From assembly GCA_038061595.1 (NCBI GenBank), contig JBBTYZ010000015.1, forward strand, positions 1 through 41,613: DNA of 41,613 bases, written 5' to 3'. Below are positions 33,559 to 41,093 of the stretch, piece after piece. The stretch's first letter is position 1, and each line of letters opens with the position of its first letter. Source of the DNA: Patescibacteria group bacterium. GTDB lineage: Bacteria > Patescibacteriota > Minisyncoccia > UBA6257 > GWB1-50-10. The notes beneath the pieces are model-generated. The model searched no databases and was not told the DNA's origin. It saw only the letters and a program-made list of their open reading frames with translations. The translations under genes were made by a program, and so were the position numbers.

Positions 33559-34490
33559 ATATTTGAGAATTGATTACGCTTAATTATTCGATAACCTTTT
33601 ATAAGCTCAGAGATTGCGCCCTGAATAGATACCTGTGGCTTGAAACCACTTTTTTCAATCTTTTCGTTAGAAATAATATAATTTCTTTTATCTGGGTCTT
33701 TGCCAAATTCCGATTCTATAAAAACGAAGTCTGGGACTTGTTTCTTTATTTCGGCACAAAGCTCCCTCTTGCTTAAGTTTGCATCAGAGAGACCAACATT
33801 ATAAGAATTGTTTTTCATCTTTTCAAAATTATTCATCACATGCATAAAAGCGCGCGCCACATCTCGAACATGAATATAATTTCTTTTGAAATCGGCCTCA
33901 AAAAGAACGACAAATCTATCATTCACCGCTCTGTAGACAAAATCGTTCACGAGAAGATCTAAGCGCATCCGGGGGCTAATTCCACAAACCGTTGCTAATC
34001 GAAGCGTTACCGCATTACCAGAAGCAAAAAGTTTCTTTTCGGCTTCCACTTTAAGCTGACCATACAAAGACACTGGGTTTAATGGCGATTCTTCAGTGCA
34101 AAATTCCGTACTTTTACCTATGCCATAACCACTATTAGTATTGGGGAAGATAATCTTCTGTTCCGGTTGTCGCGATGCGATTAACAACTCAATCGCCTCA
34201 AGATTAACGGTTCTTGCTGCGACCGGGTCTTTATCGCAAAGCGGGGCTCCCACAAGACAAGCAAGGGGAAATATAAACTCCTTACCTGCAATATGTTTTT
34301 CTAGCAAAGCCTTGTCCCTCGCATCACCCCGAACTATCATTAGGTTCGGTGAATTGCACACATCCAGAAGGGGGGCCTGGCCATAAATAAAACTATCCAG
34401 AACAGTAACTTCGTGCCCGGCACGCAAGAGCTCTGGAACAAGAATCGCACCAATGTATCCCGCACCACCCGTGACTAAGATTCTTGCCAT
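33555..34490 (-). CDS. Extended SDR, NAD-dependent epimerase/dehydratase family
   Basis: 311 aa with ILVTGGAGYIGA and YGQLK (YxxxK). It has a 4-nt overlap with the downstream gene. Confidence 0.78.
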   Translation of the reverse strand: MARILVTGGAGYIGAILVPELLRAGHEVTVLDSFIYGQAPLLDVCNSPNLMIVRGDARDKALLEKHIAGKEFIFPLACLVGAPLCDKDPVAARTVNLEAIELLIASRQPEQKIIFPNTNSGYGIGKSTEFCTEESPLNPVSLYGQLKVEAEKKLFASGNAVTLRLATVCGISPRMRLDLLVNDFVYRAVNDRFVVLFEADFKRNYIHVRDVARAFMHVMNNFEKMKNNSYNVGLSDANLSKRELCAEIKKQVPDFVFIESEFGKDPDKRNYIISNEKIEKSGFKPQVSIQGAISELIKGYRIIKRNQFSNI

Positions 34491-34491
34491 T

Positions 34492-35061
34492 TTACTCTAC
34501 ATACTTCCCCGCCTCATCGCGCGGAGAAAGGATTGGATTCTTGATAGGCCACTCGATATTAAACCTTGGATCATCATAGCGGTAACTTGATTGCCTCTTG
34601 GGATCATAATAATTTGACTGCAGATAATGAAATACAATATTGTCGCTCAAGGCCAGATGACCATTGCCAAACCTTGGGGGGACAAGCACTTGTAAATGGT
34701 TTTCCCCAGAAAGCGTGAAAGACTCCCATTTACCAAATTCTTTTGATGTTTCATCACAATTTACAACAACGAAATAAAATTCGCCCTGGTGACAAGAAAT
34801 AAGCTTCCAATTATCCGAGTCAGCGTGTAGGCCTCTAAGCACACCTTTTTTGGAAATGGAATAATCCTGAGTCACAAATTCCACCGGAATTCCAAGTTTC
34901 TGAAAATCAACTTTATTATAGGGTGATACATACTTACCCCGAAAATCCTCATGTACATCAGGTTTCAGGAGCAAAACACCATCCAATGTTGTCTTTTCTG
35001 CTTTAATCACAACCCTATAGTACCACGAGAAATAACCCAGTGACAAGGTTATGGAAAACAC
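34492..35061 (-). CDS. RmlC-like cupin, NDP-4-keto-sugar 3,5- (or 3-/5-) epimerase
   Basis: It has TTLDGVLLLKPDVHEDFRGKY, LRGLH and the ..FHYL..YYDP....YRYDDP pattern of dTDP-4-dehydrorhamnose 3,5-epimerase-like proteins. The listed start is GTG at 35061. Homology suggests the GTG at 35010 (VIKAEKTTLDGV) may be the real start. Confidence 0.8.
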   Translation of the reverse strand: MFSITLSLGYFSWYYRVVIKAEKTTLDGVLLLKPDVHEDFRGKYVSPYNKVDFQKLGIPVEFVTQDYSISKKGVLRGLHADSDNWKLISCHQGEFYFVVVNCDETSKEFGKWESFTLSGENHLQVLVPPRFGNGHLALSDNIVFHYLQSNYYDPKRQSSYRYDDPRFNIEWPIKNPILSPRDEAGKYVE

Positions 35062-35100
35062 CTGTAAATATCTCCACCAACGGGGGCTTATTTATCTTAT

Positions 35101-35619
35101 TCAAATTAAATCCAGGACTTCTTCTGGACTCTGAACAATATGATCAGGCGAACAATTTGCGAGATATTTAGCCTTAAACTCATTTTTCACAAAAATCGTC
35201 TTGCATCCCACCGCCTGGCCAGCTAAAACATCCTTATCACCATCGCCAACCAATATTGACTGTGTGCAATCAATATTTAAATCTTGCGCCGCTTGTCGGA
35301 ACATCCCGGCCTTAGGTTTCCGGCAATCACAATTGTCTGCATCTACATGCGGGCAATGATACACGGCGTCTAACTCATGATCCAAAAGACGTTCCATCTC
35401 ATTATGGAGTTTATGCAATTCGACTTCAGAAAGTAACCCTTTCGAAATTTGGGGTTGATTCGTTACCACAACCACCTTGTAGCCGTGTTCTTTTGCGGCA
35501 TGGATTACACTTTTTATTCCCGGCATAAGCTCGAACCCGTCCTTGAGGAGACGATAACGCCCGAGTTCCGCACATATAACACCGTCGCGATCAAGGAAAA
35601 GCGCCTTACGCTTTTCCAT
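35101..35619 (-). CDS. gmhB: D,D-heptose 1,7-bisphosphate phosphatase (HAD-IIIA)
   Basis: It has ALFLDRDGVI (DxD nucleophile motif), VVVTNQPQISKG, the Zn-knuckle CPHVDADNCDCRKP and GDGDKD. The start was moved from the track's TTG at 35652 to the ATG at 35619, which overlaps the upstream gene by 14 nt. Confidence 0.82.
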   Translation of the reverse strand: MEKRKALFLDRDGVICAELGRYRLLKDGFELMPGIKSVIHAAKEHGYKVVVVTNQPQISKGLLSEVELHKLHNEMERLLDHELDAVYHCPHVDADNCDCRKPKAGMFRQAAQDLNIDCTQSILVGDGDKDVLAGQAVGCKTIFVKNEFKAKYLANCSPDHIVQSPEEVLDLI

Positions 35620-36652
35620 ATATTTTGTTGATATCCCTAAGATGAGCAGCAAAATATTCTTTGTGTCTCTTGATTATTACGTTCTCCGATTCCATCAACT
35701 TTTCCAAAAACTTCACTGGATCTTTTTCGGTTATAGCATTGATTTCCGCCCACACCTCATGTCCGTGCATATATCCTTCGATCTCTGTCAAAAAATCATT
35801 TTTATAGACATTACGAGCGCCCCACACCCCACGATCTTGTCGATTCACTGCATCACCAACATGGACATACATATCGTTGTTAAAAAGCACTTTCTGAAAT
35901 ACGAAAGAATGGAAAATATCATCCATCCGTTCCGCAAAAGGCCACATGAGCGCGAGTGGAAAGATAAATTTTGCATACACCGTATTCTGAGTGTTATACG
36001 GCGACCAAACATTTTTTAGGCAATAATTTTTTTCTCTGATTGACTCAAGGGGTAGACGCTTGGGGTAAACCAGACGGGTTCTAGCATCAATATCTGGGTC
36101 ACCTAGGGAAATTCCTTGAAAAAGACCAATCTCTTGAGGTTGAATAGCATCTTTTATTGCCCTAACCTCTGTAGCATCTTGCCACAAAAATGGCATGGGA
36201 AAACCACGTGGATACATTTCTATAGGGGCCGGAGCGGTCTTCAGATAGTTATGCCAGGGAGCAGGCACAACCTCTTTTGTAACTTCGACTACTTGATTTA
36301 CTGGTCTCGTAAGAACATTGTGCCAACTTTCAAAATAATCGGGGTCGGGAATGTTGTCATCATCAATAGTAAGAATAAAATCCGGATTAAGCTCTAAGGC
36401 ACGCAGAAATGCGGCGTTTCTTCGTCTCTGACTTTTCCAACCAATAAGACTGCTTATCTCAAAACGCTCTTGGTTTTTGGGTGATAAATACTCAATCTTA
36501 CATTTGAATTTCTTGTCATCAAATGGCTTTGAGGTTGTGTCTCCGGCAATAACAAATACAACCTCTGAAAATTTACTTTTTGCCGCCAATGAATCGTAAG
36601 GCAGGTATCCCTCCTCTCCGTTTATGGTTGTAGAAACAATTACTAATTTCAT
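35606..36652 (-). CDS. RGP/GT75-like protein (reversibly glycosylated polypeptide / UDP-arabinopyranose mutase-like fold)
   Basis: 348 aa, and by-eye alignment to plant RGP/UAM runs along the whole length. LVIVSTTIN matches IVIPTIRN and FILTIDDDN matches YIFTIDDDC (DxD). YPRGFPMPF matches VRGYPFS and includes the Arg corresponding to the reversibly glycosylated Arg. GISLGDPDIDARTRL matches GLWLNIPDYDAPTQL, and ERMDDIFHSF matches GRYDDMWAGW. Confidence 0.5.
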   Translation of the reverse strand: MKLVIVSTTINGEEGYLPYDSLAAKSKFSEVVFVIAGDTTSKPFDDKKFKCKIEYLSPKNQERFEISSLIGWKSQRRRNAAFLRALELNPDFILTIDDDNIPDPDYFESWHNVLTRPVNQVVEVTKEVVPAPWHNYLKTAPAPIEMYPRGFPMPFLWQDATEVRAIKDAIQPQEIGLFQGISLGDPDIDARTRLVYPKRLPLESIREKNYCLKNVWSPYNTQNTVYAKFIFPLALMWPFAERMDDIFHSFVFQKVLFNNDMYVHVGDAVNRQDRGVWGARNVYKNDFLTEIEGYMHGHEVWAEINAITEKDPVKFLEKLMESENVIIKRHKEYFAAHLRDINKIYGKA

Positions 36653-36671
36653 ATAGATTTACAATGTTGTT

Positions 36672-37628
36672 TTATATTCTTCCTTTTTCCTTCATGTCCG
36701 ATTCAATCCAATTATACAGTTCTTTTATTCCTTCTTGAAGAGAAACGCTTGGCTTCCAATTAGAATTGAACTCTTTCTCAACAACGTTCTCCGGGCCAAG
36801 TTTTCGTTCAATGCCCCTTGGCGCATCAAGTTTGTGCTTCCTATTAAACTTTATTCCGGCAGCAGCTTCAACCGCATCAACCAACTGATTTATAGTTACA
36901 AATTCCCCACTCCCGAGACGCACCGGTTCTGTAATCTCGCTTTCTGTTAATTTGCGTATTCCATCCACCGCGTCTCTCACAAACATAAAGCTTCTAACCT
37001 GCGTACCGTCTCCCCAAATTTCGAGATCAAGATTCCCGGAAGATTTAGCGATAACCGCCTTGCGACAGAGTGCGGCAGGAGCCCTCTCTCTACCACCCTC
37101 GTAGGCATCGTGTGGCCCATATATATTCTGGAGACGGCCAATCCTAGTAGGCAATCCGAAATCTTCACGAAAATATTTACAAAGTTTTTCGCTGAAAAGT
37201 TTTTCCCAAACATGGCCGTCCTCAATAACGTCTGTTAGGGCCTTGCCCTCTTGGGGGACTTCGGCCACAGAAACTGCATTTGAAGAAGAATAGAAATACC
37301 GTCCCACTTTTGCCGCTCGCGCAGCCATAAGAAGGTGGGTATTAATTAGAACAGAAAGCATGGTTAGGGCTTTCTGTTTCTCAATAAAGTTAACCCCGCC
37401 GATTTCAGCGGCCAAATTATATACCCCATCAACGCCCTCCATCGCCTTTTCACAACTCTCTTTAAGAGTGAGGTTTAAGGAGATGTTTTCCGCTTCCTTG
37501 TGGAGTTGTTTCCATTCGGAAAGTCCCCGCTTCCCAACAGCACGCACTCGAAAACCATCACTTAAAAGACTTCCTACTAAATGGCCACCAATAAGCCCGC
37601 TTCCGCCCGCAACTAATATTCTTTTCAT
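36672..37628 (-). CDS. GDP-mannose 3,5-epimerase (GME)-family extended SDR with non-canonical active site
   Basis: 318 aa with ILVAGGSGLIGGHL. The long strings IGRLQNIYGP, EGGRERAPAALCRKA and WGDGTQVRSF mirror plant/bacterial GME (IGRFHNIYGP, KGGREKAPAAFCRKA, WGDGLQTRSF). The YxxxK motif reads HVWEK (His139). Confidence 0.7.
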   Translation of the reverse strand: MKRILVAGGSGLIGGHLVGSLLSDGFRVRAVGKRGLSEWKQLHKEAENISLNLTLKESCEKAMEGVDGVYNLAAEIGGVNFIEKQKALTMLSVLINTHLLMAARAAKVGRYFYSSSNAVSVAEVPQEGKALTDVIEDGHVWEKLFSEKLCKYFREDFGLPTRIGRLQNIYGPHDAYEGGRERAPAALCRKAVIAKSSGNLDLEIWGDGTQVRSFMFVRDAVDGIRKLTESEITEPVRLGSGEFVTINQLVDAVEAAAGIKFNRKHKLDAPRGIERKLGPENVVEKEFNSNWKPSVSLQEGIKELYNWIESDMKEKGRI

Positions 37629-37657
37629 AATTTGTGATTTATTTATTGTTCAACGCA

Positions 37658-38935
37658 CTAAGTTTCGTAAATCTTAAATTCCGGCATGGGTACGATAAAT
37701 TTTCCGCCATTTTTAAAAAATTCTTTTTCACGTTCTCTGAATTCTGGAAGAAAATGCCAGGCTAAAACAAAGTAATAATCGGGTTTTTGACTCCGCGATT
37801 GTATCTCTGACACGACGGGAATTTTGGTACTCACTGTTATCTTGCCCCACTTCAATGAGTTTCTATCGGCAATCGCTTCGATCAATTCTGGTTTTAATCC
37901 GTAAAACTGCAGAGTCGTATTCCCTTTAGTAGACGCCGCATAGCCGTGAACCTTCTTACCACTAGCTATCTCTTGCTTTATGAAAGACACAACCCTCTCC
38001 TTTGTTTCAATGGTTCTTTTGGCAAATCTCTCATAAATATCTTTGTCGTCTAAACCGAGTGATTTTTCTTTTTCGCGTACCGCTAAAACTCTTTGCTTCG
38101 CACCATCATAAACACTCAAGTTCTTGCCCAATCCTTTTTTTCTGACATATATCCGAACACTGCCTTCATTAATGTGCTCCCTCATTTCTAAATCGAAAAC
38201 CTCAAGTCCGTGACGGGCGAGCAAGTTCTCAAGAGCCATCAATGAGTAGTATTCAAGGTGCTCATGACAAATGCCATCAACCGCGTTCTGCCCGAGGAAA
38301 GACGGCAGATACATCATTTGGATAACAAGAATCCCGTCATCATCTAAACACTTCACGATATCACTAACGAAAATATTAGGGTTATCCAGGTCATAAAACA
38401 TCGCAATCGCAGTAATGCTCTTGGCCTTGGCATTGCCAAACTCTTTCTCCCAAGAGTTGTGGTTAAAAAAATCAACTATTATTTTAGTAGTCCCCTTTTT
38501 GCCTTCTTCTTCTAGGTTTTTCGCTGGCTCAAAACCAACTGTTTTCAACCCAGGAATTTTATAACCACGTAGAAGCGTGCCATCATTTGCACCTATATCT
38601 ATAACCAAATCGCCACTTTTCAAACCGACAATTTCGGAAACCTTGTTTGCTATCCCATTTAACTCATCCGTCATCGTCTGGTTAATCCCTGACTTATACC
38701 AATAATTTCTATACATAACCTCTCCAGAAACGGTATGTCTGAGCTGAAGCAAACCGCAACCGCCATCTTTTTGATTGCACAAAACCAATTCTAAGGGCGC
38801 CTCAGTGCCCTGATATTCTTGCCCCGGATCCAAAAAATCCGAAACATATAGATTACCGAGTGAAAAAATCTGAGTCAGATTTTTAAAACCACAAGAGCGG
38901 CATGACTCAATAACACGAATCATTGGATTTGACAT
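37658..38935 (-). CDS. NDP-4-keto-sugar C-methyltransferase (TylCIII/EryBIII-type; Zn-finger + SAM MT + C-terminal MT_14 domain)
   Basis: 425 aa with an N-terminal 4-Cys module CRSCG...L.LVLCNQKDGGCGLLQL, SAM motif I VIDIGANDGTLL, and the C-terminal domain typical of sugar C3/C5 C-methyltransferases (HGYAASTKGNT...KWGK..P). Confidence 0.82.
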   Translation of the reverse strand: MSNPMIRVIESCRSCGFKNLTQIFSLGNLYVSDFLDPGQEYQGTEAPLELVLCNQKDGGCGLLQLRHTVSGEVMYRNYWYKSGINQTMTDELNGIANKVSEIVGLKSGDLVIDIGANDGTLLRGYKIPGLKTVGFEPAKNLEEEGKKGTTKIIVDFFNHNSWEKEFGNAKAKSITAIAMFYDLDNPNIFVSDIVKCLDDDGILVIQMMYLPSFLGQNAVDGICHEHLEYYSLMALENLLARHGLEVFDLEMREHINEGSVRIYVRKKGLGKNLSVYDGAKQRVLAVREKEKSLGLDDKDIYERFAKRTIETKERVVSFIKQEIASGKKVHGYAASTKGNTTLQFYGLKPELIEAIADRNSLKWGKITVSTKIPVVSEIQSRSQKPDYYFVLAWHFLPEFREREKEFFKNGGKFIVPMPEFKIYET

Positions 38936-38950
38936 AGCTTTAACAAATTA

Positions 38951-40009
38951 TCAATTCTGGAACTTACCGTCAACTCCGACAAGTTTTAGGTCGCTCTCTA
39001 ACATTAGCTTAACGAGCTCTTTAAATCTGACTTTGGGTTCCCACCCCAATATTTGTTTGGCCTTAGAATAATCCCCTTGCAAAACATCCACTTCGGCCGG
39101 ACGAAAATACATTGGATTTATCTTAAAAATCGTCTTGCCACTTTTTTTATCAATGCCTTTTTCGTTCACACCATGCCCGTCCCAAATCAAATCAATGCCC
39201 ACCAAACGACACGCCTCTTCAATAAATTCGCGAACCGAATGAGTTTCGTTCGTAGCCAACACATAATCGTCCGGTTTATCTTTCTGCACCATTAGCCACA
39301 TGCCATAGACATAATCCTTGGCATAACCCCAATCTCTTTTTGCGTCAATATTGCCGACATGAACGATGTCTAACTTTCCGGCAACAATATTAGCTAAACC
39401 CAACGTGATTTTCCGAGTAACAAAATTTTCGCCACGCCTTGGCGATTCATGATTGAAAAGAATGCCGTTCGAAACGTGCAGTCCATAACTCTCGCGATAA
39501 TTAACCGCTGCCCAATAAGCGTAAACCTTAGAAACTCCGTAAGGACTTCTCGGGTGGAAGGGAGTTGTCTCCTTCTGAGGCGTTTCTTTGACCAACCCAA
39601 ACATTTCAGAACTTGAAGCTTGGTAAAAACGCGTCTCGGAGTTATCGTGACGAATTGCCTCTAGAAGACGGGTTGTTGAGAGAGCAACAGCGTTGCCAGT
39701 AAATTCGGGAATATCAAAACTAATCCGAACATGGCTTTGAGCGCCGAGATGATATACCTCATCAGGCTTCAAATCACGAATGATCCGATGAAGAGAACCG
39801 GAGTCGGTTAGATCACCGTAGTGAAGGGTAATCAAATTCTTCTTGCCGTGCATATCGGGGAAAAGATGTTCGATTCGCTCGCGATTAAAAGTGCTCACAC
39901 GCCGTACTAAACCATGAACCTCATAGCCCTTCTGAAGCAAAAGCTCCGCTAAATAAGAACCGTCTTGACCGGTTATGCCAGTGATAAATGCTCTTTTTTG
40001 TTTTCCCAT
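38951..40009 (-). CDS. gmd: GDP-mannose 4,6-dehydratase
   Basis: 352 aa with [39 protein letters not shown] (T/S-S-E), [12 protein letters not shown] (YxxxK) and [17 protein letters not shown]. Confidence 0.92.
   Translation of the reverse strand: MGKQKRAFITGITGQDGSYLAELLLQKGYEVHGLVRRVSTFNRERIEHLFPDMHGKKNLITLHYGDLTDSGSLHRIIRDLKPDEVYHLGAQSHVRISFDIPEFTGNAVALSTTRLLEAIRHDNSETRFYQASSSEMFGLVKETPQKETTPFHPRSPYGVSKVYAYWAAVNYRESYGLHVSNGILFNHESPRRGENFVTRKITLGLANIVAGKLDIVHVGNIDAKRDWGYAKDYVYGMWLMVQKDKPDDYVLATNETHSVREFIEEACRLVGIDLIWDGHGVNEKGIDKKSGKTIFKINPMYFRPAEVDVLQGDYSKAKQILGWEPKVRFKELVKLMLESDLKLVGVDGKFQN
39950..39979. repeat. 30-nt stretch identical between the two gmd paralogs (second copy at 40986-41015)
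   Basis: TAAATAAGAACCGTCTTGACCGGTTATGCC occurs at both positions on the plus strand and encodes [10 protein letters not shown] on the minus strand. A further shared 15-mer, CCATGAACCTCATAG, lies just upstream in both. Confidence 0.85.
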
Positions 40010-40064
40010 GACAGATATAGCTAATTATTGAATAGAACCTATAAAAAACAAGCAGGGTTTAATT

Positions 40065-41048
40065 TCAGACGTTTTTTAAATCAGACTCAACCATCATCTG
40101 CACCAAATCCTGAAAATTGGTTTTTGCCTTCCAGCGCAATGCGTTTTCAATTTTTTTCGGATTCGCAAGCCATTCTCTAGCCTCGCCTGGCCTAAAAAGA
40201 GATTCGTCTATGGAAACATAATCTTTGGAATCCAATCCAACAAATTTAAAAGCTGCCTCAACAAATTCACGAATGGTATGGCTCTTGCCCGTTCCAATCA
40301 CATAGTCATCGGGCTTATCCGCTTGAAGCATCAACCACATCGCCTCGACATAATCACCGGCAAATCCCCAATCTCGTCTCGCATCCAGATTGCCAAGACG
40401 AAGCGTTTTTTCTTTACCGGATTTAATACGGGCGACTGCAAGGCTAATTTTTCTCGTGACAAATTCAAAACCTCGACGAGGAGATTCGTGACTAAACGCG
40501 ATGCCAGAACAGGCGAACATGTAATGAGTGTCACGATAAAACTTAGTAAGATATAGTCCGGAAGCCTTGGAAACTCCGTAGGGTGTTGTCGGAGCAAATC
40601 GAGCCTGCTCGTCTTGAGGCGAATCACCTAAACCACTAAAGAGATCGCTCGTAGCAGCGAAGTAGAAACGAGATTTAGGACTAACATCTCGTAACGCAGA
40701 CAACAAATAGTGCGTACCCGATACGTTTGTAATCATTGTTCCAAGTTCATCATTAAAAGATTCTGTAATACTCGCAATCGCCGCCAAGTGATAGACCTCG
40801 TCAGGCCTCACCTTATTGATTAACTGCCAAACGGTTGCGTAATTTGTAATATCGCCTGAATGAAGAATTAGATTTTTGTTCTCAAGAAGATGGTTGATGC
40901 GCGAAAATCGGGCAGGGCCACTCTCGAGGGCGACGCGTCTTACCAAGCCATGAACCTCATAGTCTTTTTTAAGCAGAAGCTCGGTTAAATAAGAACCGTC
41001 TTGACCGGTTATGCCGGTTATTAAAGCTACCTTTCTTTTATTTTCCAT
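40065..41048 (-). CDS. GDP-mannose 4,6-dehydratase paralog (shorter; possible GDP-heptose-specific dehydratase/oxidase)
   Basis: 327 aa with [37 protein letters not shown] and SHESPRRGFEFVTRKIS. The catalytic T-S-E reads T-S-D (AATSDLFSG). This is the only gene here with a clear SD (GAGGTGA, 7 nt upstream of the ATG). Confidence 0.82.
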   Translation of the reverse strand: MENKRKVALITGITGQDGSYLTELLLKKDYEVHGLVRRVALESGPARFSRINHLLENKNLILHSGDITNYATVWQLINKVRPDEVYHLAAIASITESFNDELGTMITNVSGTHYLLSALRDVSPKSRFYFAATSDLFSGLGDSPQDEQARFAPTTPYGVSKASGLYLTKFYRDTHYMFACSGIAFSHESPRRGFEFVTRKISLAVARIKSGKEKTLRLGNLDARRDWGFAGDYVEAMWLMLQADKPDDYVIGTGKSHTIREFVEAAFKFVGLDSKDYVSIDESLFRPGEAREWLANPKKIENALRWKAKTNFQDLVQMMVESDLKNV

Positions 41049-41093
41049 AATACTTCACCTCATCTTACGCTCGACTTAGCCGTATTTCAAACC

